The notes: generated by a model not told the origin, from the sequence alone. A stretch of DNA of 62,324 nucleotides, filler included, from Choristocarpus tenellus KU-1152 (GCA_964200185.2; 11 parts of 11 records of this genome joined end to end with filler, not necessarily neighbours in it), one strand, 5' to 3'; counted from the whole stretch's first letter, positions 1 to 12,473 are shown. A program made the numbers and translations.

Positions 1-289
1 CGTTAGAGCCTTGACTATCACATTTCCTTGTTAAGCGCCGGAAATGGGCGTTGTCCATGTTTCCTGGACGGGTGATATTTTACCATCAAGGCGCAAGGGC
101 GAGGGAGGACAGACTTGAGTTGATCGAAAATTGTGTTGATTTCTTGAATGAATGCAGGCTGGGAGAAAGCCTTAATCAACTTTATATGTCCAACCCCGAG
201 TAGAGGAACAAAAGTGAATGTACGGCATCTTGAAAGTAGTGGGAAATACTAAACCATTGGTGTCCACATAGTCTCAATCTCACCTCCTC

Positions 290-1039
290 TTCTTCCCTGG
301 CGTCCTTGTCGATGGCTATCTCCACCTGCTTCGTGACCTCATCTAAGTAAAGGATTTGGTGGTATCAAAAGGTCTCCAGAGCTGCCTTTGTTATGATCGC
401 TTTCTCCTCCGCCTTGCGAGCCCCTTTGACCTTCTTTCGGGCTTCAGAGCCCTTGTAGCCCAACCCTAACACCTTCTTTCTCGTTCTTTAGGTCACTCCG
501 GCTCGCACAGTTTCCAGACTGTCAGGGCCTGCTGCAACTGTCGACTACTAAGATATTCTACACCCGGGATTTAGCTTAGGTGTTTCCCGAGCGCAATGGC
601 ACACAGTTGCACTGCTCTCTTTCTCAATCTTCCCTTCGGACAGCCACCCCAGTTCTTCCTTTGCCTGCGGTGATCAGGCTTCCCCACAGACTTCGTCACT
701 GTACCACCTGGTGATGGACTCGTCGCTCTCTTTGTGCTTTCCCGAGGTGGCAGAGACTGCAGAGCAGTGCTCCAACGTGGTTGAAGATCCAACCAAGATT
801 GCGTGGCAATGCTTTCAATGCATCTTCTCTCAGCATCGGCGTTGCGACCCCGTGATCCATTTCGCGATTTGATCATGCTGCTGGGCCATACTACTCACAC
901 TTTCTCATCACCTAACATCGCACTGAGTGTCACACGATATTTGCTTTTCCTTCGCCTCTTGACAGAGAAGGTGCTGAGGGTAGATCCAGGGGGCAGAGTG
1001 ACGTCGGCAGCTCTCCTTGTCGCACTGTCATGGTTCATG
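290..1039 (-). pseudogene. Decayed reading frame of unknown, possibly transposon-derived, basic protein
   Basis: One minus-strand frame runs from MNHDSATRR through ORF 571-876 to KQVEIAIDKDAREEEE|GTGAG, broken by several single in-frame stops. No family recognised. Confidence 0.25.
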
Positions 1040-2663
1040 TTGCTCTGTAAGTCACGCGTGTGTGTGCTCACGGAAAGTCTGCAAAAGGCGTTAAAAAGAT
1101 GTCCGGAAATCTTGGGGTTTTTTTTTCGGTATCGCCACTCCGGCTAAACTTGGGCAGTGACGTACGCCAGACCCGGGTATTGCAAGGAGTTCAGCCAACC
1201 ACTTCATTTTTGTCCGTTTTGAAGTCGTGACCTTCAAAATTGCGCTGAAGATATTCCCCCGCGTTTTTGCTATTCTTTCATCGGGACAATACCTCCCGTT
1301 CCCCGAAGCCTGGACATTCGTGGATACAAAACCTTCTAAAGCTCTTGTCATACCCTTTCATTTGATATATACAATGTTGTAAAACTGTTGTGGCGTTTTG
1401 GTGAAAAAAACTACGATTGTCACAGAGGGCGAAACTACTGATATCACCTTAGTAGATAAATGTGTGTATCGATTTTTTGGCAAACAATTTTGTTTGTAAT
1501 CACTAGACCTTCCGATTCTTAATTCTTAGGATGACATCACTACAATGGGACTCAACAATACGTATGCACAGCACTGCAGCATCATATTCGATTGACGACA
1601 TGAATGGTGTGTTGTAGCGCATTTCCTGTGGGAGCAAGGTACTCCAGGTTGATATATCATCAGGTTTTGAGTTACAAAACGTCCCGCAAGCTTACCATGA
1701 TGGGATATGTAGCTCCAATCCAGAAGGCATTCTGTGGACCATGAATCTCATAGAAGGCTCCATAATGCAAATGTCATCAAATCTGCTGGATCTCTGACTT
1801 TCATTATTCACTTTATGATTATCATTAGGGTATGAAATAGGACTGAAAAACACTCATTCTAAGTTTGTGCCCTGTTAATGACTAAATATTAAATATATAA
1901 TTAAGAAGCACAAACATATAAAATGATAACTTCAAGGTCATAATGGTGTTTATGAAACCGCAATGAAGACATATCGTCTGTAACATTAGTTGTATCATGT
2001 ATTCTGAAATACTCTACCAGCAGTCCCTCCTCCCTCCTCCCCTGTCCCTCTTTGGGTCTACATTGCTAATTACAGGACAAGGGGGTTGAATCTTCTCTTT
2101 TGCTTTGTTGCACTGATATCAATGTTTTATTATAGTTGGCTTGGATACAGTAGCAGGGTTTGCATCTCCTCTTTTTGCAATTCAGGAGTTTGGTTGTACA
2201 GTGCAGTGGTACATACAATTGTGAGCTCAGTATTCAATGTTTTTGGTCAGATCCATTCTGCCACATATTGTACTACGAGTATTTTGTTCTATACAACAAT
2301 CTTTCCTTCCCGGTAAAGTTGTTATAGATTAGGTGTAAAGCATTGGGCACATCACAATAGAAACAAGTTTGATACTCTAATGTACTCAACAGATAACTCT
2401 AAACAGTACACACGGCAAACACCATCACACCATCACCTCACTCTTCCCACCACCAACTTCAACATTATTATCATAACCCCTTTGGTTCCTACTTTAGCCC
2501 TGAACTATAAAACACATTGTTGTTGTTATCGTTTGCCCCATGTGTTCATTAACCAATCTACAACCTTGAGCAGGCAAGTTACAGTCGCTGGATCAACTTC
2601 TCCTTTTCTGTGGTTCAGACTTTCAGTGGTGTTATTATGGCGGGGGTGCTCTCCTTTGCGATG

Positions 2664-2763
2664 NNNNNNNNNNNNNNNNNNNNNNNNNNNNNNNNNNNNN
2701 NNNNNNNTTAATTAATTAANNNNNNNNNNNNNNNNNNNNNNNNNNNNNNNNNNNNNNNNNNNN
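2664..2763. other. Artificial contig linker (44N-TTAATTAATTAA-44N). Same linker at 6162-6261, 9845-9944, 12547-12646, 24611-24710, 29486-29585, 32453-32552, 36084-36183, 47673-47772, 51008-51107
   Basis: Identical 100-nt N-padded spacer with stops in all six frames, present 10 times. Confidence 0.98.
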
Positions 2764-3177
2764 GAGGAGATTAGATACCAAAAAATCAAGGATTTAACCT
2801 TTTTTTTTTCTTCCTAAATCAACGATGGGATTGTAGTAGACCATCACTCCCTGGGGACGGGAAGCACGCACAAACTCAGGTTTAAATTTAATTAAAAAAA
2901 AAAAAGCATACACAGATTTTCAACTCTTCTGCACAGTTTCCACCCATCTCACCTCCCCCCCAAAAATACAAAGACACTCACATAACCCCAACCCAACCCA
3001 ACCAAGTTCAATCCACCATTCCTCCAAAAAAAAAAAAATGCCTTCGCCACCAGCCTTAGTCCACACACGCGCGCAGCCTTAATCCAAACAACTTCCAACT
3101 CAATCCCCCCACAGCTACTTACCCGAGGGGGGTTGAGTCGGTGCATCCTGACCCCAAAAAAACCCAACGCGTCTCAC

Positions 3178-5153
3178 CTCTGGGGCCTCCAGCAACTCCA
3201 TAACCTCCTCAGGCAGCGCCCCTGTGGAATGTGCCTTGTAACACTCCCTACACGCCTCCTCATAATTAAGCTCCTTGTTGAAGTCTCTCGACGTAGACTT
3301 CACACTTCAACAGCAACGAAAAAAAAACATCGTCCATGCATTACTACTTATTTTTTTTATACCGTGGGAGCGTTCCACATCATTCAAAAGTAAATCTCCG
3401 TAGGGGGAAGAAACAACAATGTACAGTTTAATTTTTTCTTAAAAAAAAAAGAAGAGATCAATTCGTGCCGTTCTATACTGAAAACCACTTTCAAAAAAAG
3501 CAAAAACAAACTAAAAAGGTCCTTGTACAAAACAGGACCTCCCCCCCCATCTCTACCAAGCAAACAAAACAAAAATCACTGCGCAATTTCCACCAGGCAA
3601 CAACTTCAAGTAAGAAAAATACAATTGGTAACAACTGATCGCATTACTCAGTGAAAAACAGTATAGATTTTTTTTTTTTCTGATTAAAAAATGGATCAAT
3701 CCCCTAACCCTATCCTCAACACTCAATAAATTAAAAATACAAAATACCAGAAATAATAATAATAATAATAGTAGTAGTAACAGCAACATTTTTTTTATAA
3801 ATCACACTTCATATAAGAACAAAACTCTTTATGTCACATCCAAAGTCTCTACATTTATAATATTCCCAGAAAGTGCACACAAAAATAATAACACACCACT
3901 CCACCCTACTGTAATTTTCCAAGTTGGGGAAAAAAATATGGGAAATTTCCGTATCGGTCGGCGGCCTGCCTGCCTAAAAAAAAAAATGGCTCCTCTAATT
4001 TTACAATCCTGCAATATCATAGGAGTAGAGATTTCCTGTCTGTGATCAAAAGTCAAAACAATAAAAAAGACTATGAACACATACATAATATGCACATACA
4101 AATATATATATATATATCTATATATATATATCGCTCTCACATTGCCTTGAACTCTTCCTTGAGGGTGAATGTATTTGGTGGTAATCCGGCGTGGCTCTCC
4201 TTCCACCTGTGCATAAGGGAAACTAGCAGCATAACCCATGGAGTGTGAGCATGTGCTTTGTCATCCTGTTAAGTGAACCATGAATTAAGAAGAGGGCAGG
4301 GAGGGTAAAGGATGGGTCTGGGGAGGGGGAAAGGGAGGGGGGGCAATCACAGCAGTTTGGTAGTAGAAGGTTACTTTGACTCCAGGCCTGGAGTCAAAGA
4401 CCTAAGTTGTGGGTGGAGCATTGGGATACTATCTTTGGCAGTTATTTTACCACCTTGTTCTTTTTTGAGATGCTGCAGGAACAAAAATCTGTCCCAAATC
4501 TTAGCTGGACGAATAGAAACAGCCCTCTGCTAATAAAACGCCTGTTAATTATCGACAAACGTTCAGGTATTTCACAATAAACGCCTCCCTTGTCTAAAAA
4601 AAAAAGGGAGTATCAACTGAGGGCCTCGACTAGAGATTCCATCCTTCAAAAACAAAAACCATCCTAGTTATGGTTATTTTCCATCTCCACTACAATAGGA
4701 GTACGTGTACCAACTGTTTACAAAGTACATACATTTTTTTCAAACCAACAAATAACTACTGCTACCTCCAACATCTCTACTGTTATAAGAGTACACAATA
4801 TAACTGCTTACAAAAAAACACACTGCTAAAAAACAAATGTAAACCAAAAAAATAACGTAATATATACTGCCTCGATACTTACTGTTATTAAAATAATGAA
4901 CAGATCGATGTCAGTACAAAACAGGTGACATCACTAGAAACATTGCATTTGGGAGGGGGAGGGGTGTGTGTGTGGATATCATACACATCAACAAGAGCAA
5001 ACCTAATGACAAACCACGAGTGGTGGCAGATAGAAAGAGGGGATGAAACACGCCTTCTGCAATCAAAAGCAGGAACCACCATCGACCCCTCGAACGACCC
5101 CCTTTTACCTCCAAACAAAGAACTCTCACAGCAATAGCCATGCTACATAACAC

Positions 5154-5185
<32 letters not shown>

Positions 5186-6122
5186 CCTCCTCCAATAAAA
5201 GCACCTCATTACAAACTACAGTACAAAAACCTGCTTGTCAAGATCGACAGAGAGGCAGTAGCTAAGCAGCTCCGGCCAGGGGTTGACGATTCGTAGGTCG
5301 GCCTTCTCGCCCTCTGGCTTCGATTCCACAACACAGTGACTTCTCAGCACCTGCCAACATCATGACAGTGGAGATGCACACGCCGGTTTCACAAGAGGAA
5401 TGACCAAAGAGTCCGTCCGGCCTTACAAAGCCGCTGGAGTGTTTGAAGGACTCCGGAGTAGATGTTCATGAAGCGATCTACCTATCTAGTATCACACCGT
5501 ACGACACAGCTTTGTGAAAACAAAAACAAAAAAACTCATTCGGTCTCGAGAGCAATTGTCGCAGGGCAGAGTTGGGGTTAGGGCTATGGCTCAAGGCTAG
5601 ACATGTGTGATTCTTGAATGCTTACAACTGGCTCTCGAGTTGCGGCAGTGGTTCTATCCTCGATGACTTCAACAAACACAAATTGCCTGCCCACCAAATG
5701 GTTCCTCATGTAGCGCCCTATTAAAACCCACAAATATTTCAGACATATCAGTAAATTCAGGGCATGTATCAACACCCCCCCACAACAACAGCAAGCAGGT
5801 CTCGGCTCTTCAATGCTCACCAAGCATGACACACACACTACAACCTTGTGTTGTTTTTGTTTTTTTTTGGGGGGGAGGGGAGGGGAGGGGATGGGAGGGG
5901 GGTAGCATCAATAAGGCTAATCAGCACAGGAGGACTCGCAGGTGGAAGGGAGAAACAAAAGGAAGAAGGGGCACACCAGCCTGACATGACCAAGTAGACC
6001 ATAGCTTCGGGCATAGACGAGGGGGATAGAGTTCTCCCAGCACAAGCATGCCAGCTTTCTCAAGGCCGTCTCAGCCAGTTGGCAAGCCACCACTAGTGAG
6101 AACTTCAAAAAAAATGTTGGGT
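3178..6122 (-). CDS. NAE1: NEDD8-activating enzyme E1 regulatory subunit (APP-BP1/AXR1 family), 4 internal exons: 6122-5977, 5350-5231, 4265-4141, 3304-3178; partial
   Basis: Spliced translation PTFFLKFSLVVACQL...IPLVYARSYGLLGHVRL/VLRSHCVVESKP...DLRIVNPWPEL/DDKAHAHTPWVMLL...KEEFK/...ELNYEEA is colinear with NAE1 motifs. All junctions are GT-AG with matching phases. Confidence 0.92.
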
Positions 6123-6261
6123 CTAACAGAGGAAGGGGGGGTGGGCAGATGGGCGAGGGGGNNNNNNNNNNNNNNNNNNNNNNNNNNNNNNNNNNNNNNN
6201 NNNNNTTAATTAATTAANNNNNNNNNNNNNNNNNNNNNNNNNNNNNNNNNNNNNNNNNNNN

Positions 6262-6900
6262 GTAATATCTGGGGTAGAACCAAGCACATTGATATTAGGT
6301 ATCACTATGTACGTCAGTTGGAGAGGGAAGGCAAGATAGCAATTGGGTATTTGCCAACGGAGTTTCAACATGCTGATCTTTTTACCAAGGGTTTGTCTAA
6401 GGAGTCTTTCAATAGGCATTCCAGTGTTATCATGCGTAGAATGAAGTGGAATTAATGTTTAGTTTAAGATATGTCAAATAATGTTTTGAGATGGTATTTT
6501 TCACTTGAAGCTCAAAGCAGGGGAGTGTGTTAAGAATATGCTTTTTATTCATGTCTAAAATATGATTCTGTGGGAGAAACATTAAGTTGTGGAAGGATTG
6601 TTGTAAAATGAAAATATTGTCCGCGGGTTATTATATTATAACCGATAGTATGTCTTTGTTAGGTGACAACGAAAATATTGTCCGAGGGTTATTTTTGTAC
6701 AACGGATTGAATAATGGGTTATTAGCATATGTGAATCGTAAGGTGATGACCCCCTTTGAGCTTTGAAGCTTACTCTCCTTTCTTACACCTTTCTTACTTC
6801 ATGTACAACTTGTTCTACATAATGAGGAAAAAGTGGAGTTATTTACATACACAAGTCTTGGGAACACCAATTTCTTTATCATGATATATTTGCGCCAACA
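6262..6900 (+). mobile_element. Ty1/Copia 3' end: RNase H tail, polypurine tract (about 6514-6525) and 3' LTR (about 6528-6900)
   Basis: RTKHIDIRYHYVRQL motif; AAAGCAGGGGAG followed by TGTTAAG...CCAACA with TG..CA ends. Confidence 0.8.
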
Positions 6901-6905
6901 TGGTG

Positions 6906-7181
6906 CTACCTTATGTGTCTCTGGTAGGTATCTTGAAAGTAACGCGCCGTGCCAAATATATTAATGCCCTCTAGGTTCGCCGAGAATCCATGGCACTTTT
7001 GAATGGTAGAGTGCCACTTTTGTTTGCGGTGGTATCCCAAATGTTGAAACTGCGCACATGCCATGTTCATTATTTCTGTCCGTACCCCGTTGTGTTGAGG
7101 TGTATAAGGAACTGCCATCTCGTGTCGGGTAGACGTCTCCATTAGCAATATTGTAACTCTTGTTCGAAAAGACTCCTCCAA
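6906..7181 (-). mobile_element. Degenerate Copia integrase fragment
   Basis: TRHEMAVPYTPQHNGV matches the Copia integrase PYTPQQNGVAER motif. Confidence 0.75.
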
Positions 7182-7815
7182 CTATAAACAGATACCACTA
7201 GTAGTATACATGCACAGTCAGAATACAAGAATTATTAGTTGGTTATGTTAAAGTATCCCCCAGGTCATGTATGGATAGAAGTGATAAATACAGGAGTATT
7301 ACCAAATGCTGCACAGTGATTAATACGAAGCACAGGGGGCGACATACAGCCCCAAATCAACGTGCTTACTACTAGTAATATCCGTTACAGTTGGAGGAGT
7401 CTATTGGAGCACCCTCCCTAGGTCAAACAACTCTGACGGGTCACTAGATGTAACTCGATACTGAACTCACTGAAGAAGAAAATCCAACCAAAAGCAAACC
7501 ACTGAACATAGTCAAAAACAAGCAAAGTCCTTGCATGGCTCCAAAAACATTGATCTGACTGAAGCTTGGACAGCACATATGCATGCTGCTCATTTGAGTT
7601 AACATGAATGATCTGTATTTTCTCTAGTGTCATTAAGTCCCTCAGGAAATGGTGTCGCACATCTATGTGCTTGGTCCTACCAAAACCTATAGGGCTATTT
7701 TCCAAATGGATGGCCCCTGTGTTGTGTTCATACACCACATAACAAGATCCAGAAACATCAGGTGGAACAAATTCCAACACACCCCTCAAAAACAACAACT
7801 CCTTCACACAGTCCC

Positions 7816-8700
7816 TGTTGAAACGTGCGAAGGGGAATTGTGTGAGGCTCATAACCTGTCGAAATCTGATTTCGTATGAGTTATGCGTTGTTGTGATGTG
7901 TCTGGCTTATGGCGAAGAGGATCATAGTGGAACAAACCACTGATGAATTTGTTCTGGTAGGTCTGACGGCTTGTTTTACTCAAGCAGACAATGTTCAATG
8001 TGAAAGTATGTTTGGTTGTGCTGTGAATAACACGCTTAGTGACAGGTGTGTGTCATAGTTCAACGAGACACCTGCGGGTTCGGTCTGGTGCGTCTGAAGG
8101 GATATCTTACTCACTCAGACTTTGGTTGGAGTAAAATGGGTACTGGTACTTCTGTGGCATGTTCTACTCAAGCAGACTATGATTGATATAAAGTGTGTGG
8201 TCATTCATTGAGACGCAAAAATGAAGAACTTCATCCTCTGTGAAGAGGATTGTCACCTTGACTGAGAAGGGTCTCGAAGGATGATTTAAACTCTGTTTAT
8301 ATTACATCCTGGCGTGTGTCTTATACGTAATTGCAGAGTGAATAGGACGTCTTATGAGGGGGCAATGCCAGTCAAGTAAAAAAATAATCAACACATGCCA
8401 TTAAACTGATAACTTCTTGTGTAAACAAGAAGTAAGAACAAGAAGAATCAAGAAGACAAGCTTGAATCCATATCTAACATAACTAAAATCCCTCGTCGTA
8501 TGTGTGTATGATAGGTAGCGACTGTTCCTATGCTTTCTATCCACTGTGATGTTCTTACAGTGGTTGAGTAAGGTTGTGATGATGAGCTGATTATGCACAT
8601 GGGAATAGCGACCATTGCAGTGGACAAATGAACGTTCGGTATGGACTAACGATGCTGCACCGTATCAAAGCAAATCGAACGAGTAGCCTATGTTTTAACA
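7816..8700. mobile_element. Solo LTR (885 bp) with 5-bp TSD GTCCC
   Basis: Ends TGTTGAAAC...GTTTTAACA, flanked by GTCCC at 7811-7815 and 8701-8705. Removing it rejoins the Copia RNase H frame. Confidence 0.88.
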
Positions 8701-8718
8701 GTCCCATGGCTATGTACT

Positions 8719-8895
8719 GACCCAAAGTATCTGGGGGGGAGGGGGGTTTACACCACGGTGTCCGTTTGAACCAAAATCAGGAAAAGTGCATTTACATTAT
8801 CCATCCGACGTATGCAATCAAATCACCCAAAAATCAGGACATGAAAAAAATGACCCCAAATAGACAGCTGTTACTCCCCCCAGATACTTTGAACC
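8719..8895 (+). mobile_element. MITE family B (about 175-185 bp), TSD ACT
   Basis: TIR GACCCAAAGTATCTGGG...CCCAGATACTTTGAACC with ACT on both sides. Confidence 0.9.
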
Positions 8896-9473
8896 ACTTA
8901 GCCTCTGCAGTGGACTTTGCAATGATACGCTGGGTCTTAGAAAGCCAGTCTACTGCTCCACCTGATACAGAACGTCTGTCAAACATCTATTGGCGAAGTT
9001 TGCATCGGCATAGGCCACTAGTTTCGGTTCTGATCCTTTCTCGTAGGTGAAGCCCAACTCCCGTGTTCCTTTGAGGTACTTGAGGATCGGGGTTACAGCT
9101 CTCCAGAGGACAGAACTTGGAGCATGTGAGTGACAGGTTACAGCTCTCGCTGCATTAGCCACATCTGGCCTGGTCATGTTACTGACCCACATCAATGCCC
9201 CAACTGCCTCACGAAAAGGGCAATCATTTGACAGTGTATCTCTCTCCCTAATCCCCAGCTTTCTGTAAGGGGCAGCAGGGAGGGAACTTGTTTGATTGGA
9301 TGGAAAAACGTTCACACAAACTATCGATGAAGTTAGTCTGGGTAATGGAGAGGATACCACGCTTCCAATATCTTGTGTACGTGCAACCAGAAAACTGAGA
9401 CAATAAGCCAATGTTTTTGGTGGGGAACTCTTCATTCAGGGAGGCGCAAAGACCATTGCAATCGCCACCAGAT

Positions 9474-9844
9474 GAGGCAAAGTATCTTAGAGGGTAGAGC
9501 CGCGTTCGTTAGGGGCCCAAAATCCAATGTTGCGATTTTAAAGAAATTTTGGCAATGGAATTTGTTAGGAAGTGTCAATATCCATGTTTCGGACACACCT
9601 TTTCATAACATTTTGCCTGGCTCTATCTGGGAGGGGGTGGCGGCTGTCCATTTGGGGGCAATTTTTTAATGTCGCGATTATTGGGTGATTTGGCTGCATA
9701 CGTCAGATGGATACTGTCTCTCTTCCCTGATTTTGACCCAAATGGACCCCCTGGTGTAGACCCCCCCCCCCTTCCCAGATATGTTGAGTAGGTACTCCTA
9801 AACATTTTGGACTAGGAGAAGGTAATACAAAAGCCCATGGGAAG
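9474..9844 (+). mobile_element. MITE family A copy with nested MITE-B, truncated by contig end
   Basis: Left end GAGGCAAAGTATCTTAGAGGGTAGAG; family-A sequence resumes after 9790. Confidence 0.85.
9619..9790 (-). mobile_element. MITE family B nested in MITE-A
   Basis: Reverse-complement match to 8719-8895 with eroded TIRs. Confidence 0.8.
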
Positions 9845-9944
9845 NNNNNNNNNNNNNNNNNNNNNNNNNNNNNNNNNNNNNNNNNNNNTTAATTAATTAA
9901 NNNNNNNNNNNNNNNNNNNNNNNNNNNNNNNNNNNNNNNNNNNN

Positions 9945-10235
9945 TATTTGTTACCCTTTCCACCGTTTTCCCACCCTCTGTCAATGGTGGTGTCACCACG
10001 TTTTCAAATGCGATGCCCCGTATTTATTACCTTTACAATCGTGTACACGCACCAGCTGTAAGCAGTGGTAATAACGGCATTTTCAAATTCAATGCCCTGT
10101 ATTTGTTACCTTTATAACCGTGTACTCACCAGCTGCAGATAGTGGTGTCACCAAAATTTTTCAAATCCGATGCCCTGTATTCATTACCTCTTCCACCGTG
10201 TACACACCAGCTGTCAATAGTGGTATCATCAAAAT
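9945..10235. repeat. Minisatellite, about 78-bp unit, about 3.7 copies, running into the contig edge
   Basis: TATTTGTTACC...CACCAGCTG...AGTGGT...TTTTCAAAT..GATGCCCTG recurs at about 9945, 10021, 10100 and 10178. Confidence 0.8.
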
Positions 10236-10332
10236 CATGACCGTCGCATCTATATTGTATTTGATCGAAACCGTTCATAAAGCGTATTCTGCCACCCCAG
10301 TCACTGACAGCGTAAGCCCCGAAGTCAAATTT

Positions 10333-10585
10333 GCCTAAGTATCTCAGAGGGTACGAGTTTTTCGCTGGGTGTCCTTTGGGGCTTGGCTGCCCGCGGGCTT
10401 TCAACGACATTATACTTACTCATCAATGTTTTGGAGAAGTACAATGTGTACATTATGGAAAGGAGCGTTCAGAAAAAGGACATTGACATCTGCGAACAAA
10501 AATGATGGCAAGAATTACAGCAAAAATGCAACATTGAATTCGGCCGCCAAATGGACGCGGCCCTACCCCTAAGATACTTCAACCC
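10333..10585 (-). mobile_element. Diverged MITE family A copy
   Basis: AAGTATCTCAGAGGGTACGAG ... CCAAATGGACGCGGCCCTACCCCTAAGATACTT. Confidence 0.8.
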
Positions 10586-11036
10586 GCACCCATGATACCA
10601 ACCCTAACCGTAACCAAAAAACATTACCTACATTTTGAACACTAATCTCAATCCGCCACTTTACAGATCTCACCTTGCATCGAACATGTCAACGTAGAAT
10701 CAATTCAGCGGCTTCATCTGAATAGATTACGGCGAATTCGACCGAACAGTTTTCCGAAATTGGAACATGTGTTGCAGTCGCATATGTTGGGAGTAATCAG
10801 ACAACTGATCCGAAATAGAAGCAAGATTCCAAGATACAATTTCACGCACCACAACATCCGTCTGTCGAGTGTGACGTGGTGACACCTTCGATATGCACAT
10901 GTAAGGGCTCCGATACCAATTGGAACCTTTCCGATAAGGTTCGTATCGCGTCGCAATGCAATCTCTATACAACTCGCACGATGGTATCATCACGCGCGCG
11001 TATCTTAGTCCAAAAACCCCGCTAACCCTAAACTTA

Positions 11037-11600
11037 GAATTTGATCGCTTCTACCAACCGACAGAACATACCAAATTTGTGCTTAGAAGTACATGCCAAA
11101 ATGAACATGTACGTATCAGACTGGTGCATTCATGCTTTCACTTCTGCGGTTTAACGTAATTTTTTCCTGCTCAGGTTGTTGGTATTTCAAATCGACATAC
11201 ACACCGCTCCAACCGTCTTGCCGCGCTTTGGAATTTGATGGCCTTTACTATTCGACAGAACACATCAAACTCATTCATTACTATCTGCCGTATGTCAAGC
11301 ACAAACCTGCGCATGGTTGCCCTCCCAACATCCAACCCAGGTCGGCTCATAAAGTCCTTTCATCTTCATCTTTCACTTTCGCGGTTCGACGTAATGTTTT
11401 CCTGCTCAGGATTACTGTTTCAAATCGACATACACACACCCAACCATCATGCTGCGCTTTGGGAATTGATGGCCTTTACCGTTCGACATAACACATCGAA
11501 TTCATTCATTACTGTCTGCCCTATGTCAAGCACAAACCTGTGCAGGATTGCCCTCTCTACATGTTACCTTGGTCGGCGCGTAAATCCTTCCCATCTGCGT
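11037..11600. repeat. Imperfect direct repeats, about 200-230 bp period, about 2.5 copies
   Basis: GAATT(T)GATGGCCTTTAC..TTCGACA.AACACATC...TATGTCAAGCACAAACCTG at about 11231 and 11462, weaker at about 11037. CTTTCACTT...TTTTCCTGCTCAGG at about 11135 and 11370. Confidence 0.8.
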
Positions 11601-11894
11601 ACGGTATTGGTGCGTTCTCATATTCAATATTTCATCTCATGTCGACGGGGTTTACCGTTCGATACATGTTAGCAAATAGCGGCCTTAAAGGAAAGCACTA
11701 CGCCGTCCTCATGTCCACAGCATCGCTACGACCTTTTCATATCACGTTTGCATAGCCCACGCATGGGCACGAACCTTGCACTCTGTACAGATCCTGTCAT
11801 CATTAATCACATAGTCTATCACTGTTCGTACAAAAACACCCTTGCTGTGATCGCTTAACAATAGCATCCACCCCTACGTCGATATCCTTCTCGT

Positions 11895-12473
11895 TTGCTG
11901 ATACTGTTGCCGTTGCATTTCCCCCCCTACCTTCACAGACAGTCGGCTGGAGACCCAAGGAATCCTGAAGACCAAAATACGACAGATTTGATCACGTCGA
12001 ACCTCAGCGCAACATGTACGATGGACCTGGTCACATCTGACTTCTTGTCACAGAGGTACAATACCAACCTTCTTGACAATGGTAAAGTGGAGTTGATGTT
12101 CTCGAAGCTGGGGCCGGACCCACGGATTGCCGCCAATAGGCTCGCAGGGATCCTGAGCGGGAGACCTTTTTCACTCTGCTCGAGATGGCAAACCACAAGT
12201 GACTTCAAAGCCGACATGCGTAGGGCAAACGTGCTCTCTAGTGTGCCCGATGGAAAACTAATTGCAAACTACATCACCAACGGCAACCTGGGCGTAAACG
12301 AGAATGGCGACGATAGGGATAAAGACGACGACGACAACCTCTTATTTTGCCTGAATGGACAACACCACATAATGGTGCTGAGGACAATCGAATGCATCGC
12401 GAAGGAGGACAATGTCTCATGTGGCATCAACCTCCCAGCCCACGTCACACTGCGATGGGTCTCGGACGTCGGA
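11895..12473 (+). pseudogene. Putative ParB-like (DGQHR-type) ORF, cut by a MITE-A insertion
   Basis: RYNTNLLDNGKVELMFSKL ... LLFCLNGQHHIMVLR resembles the ParB-fold hhDGQHRhxAh motif. The ORF ends inside the MITE terminus at 12474. Confidence 0.4.

Larger units (their letters stand above)
7500..9330 (-). mobile_element. Degenerate Copia RT-RNase H region interrupted by a solo LTR and a MITE-B
   Basis: PFREAVGALMWVSNMTRPDVANA, LKYLKGT, LVAYADA, STAEAKYIAMG/DCVKELLFLR and RTKHIDVRHHFLRD motifs. Confidence 0.9.

Noticed and set aside
9945-11600. CRISPR-like array
   Set aside because: Units are contiguous degenerate tandem repeats without unique spacers, there are no cas genes, and the context is eukaryotic.
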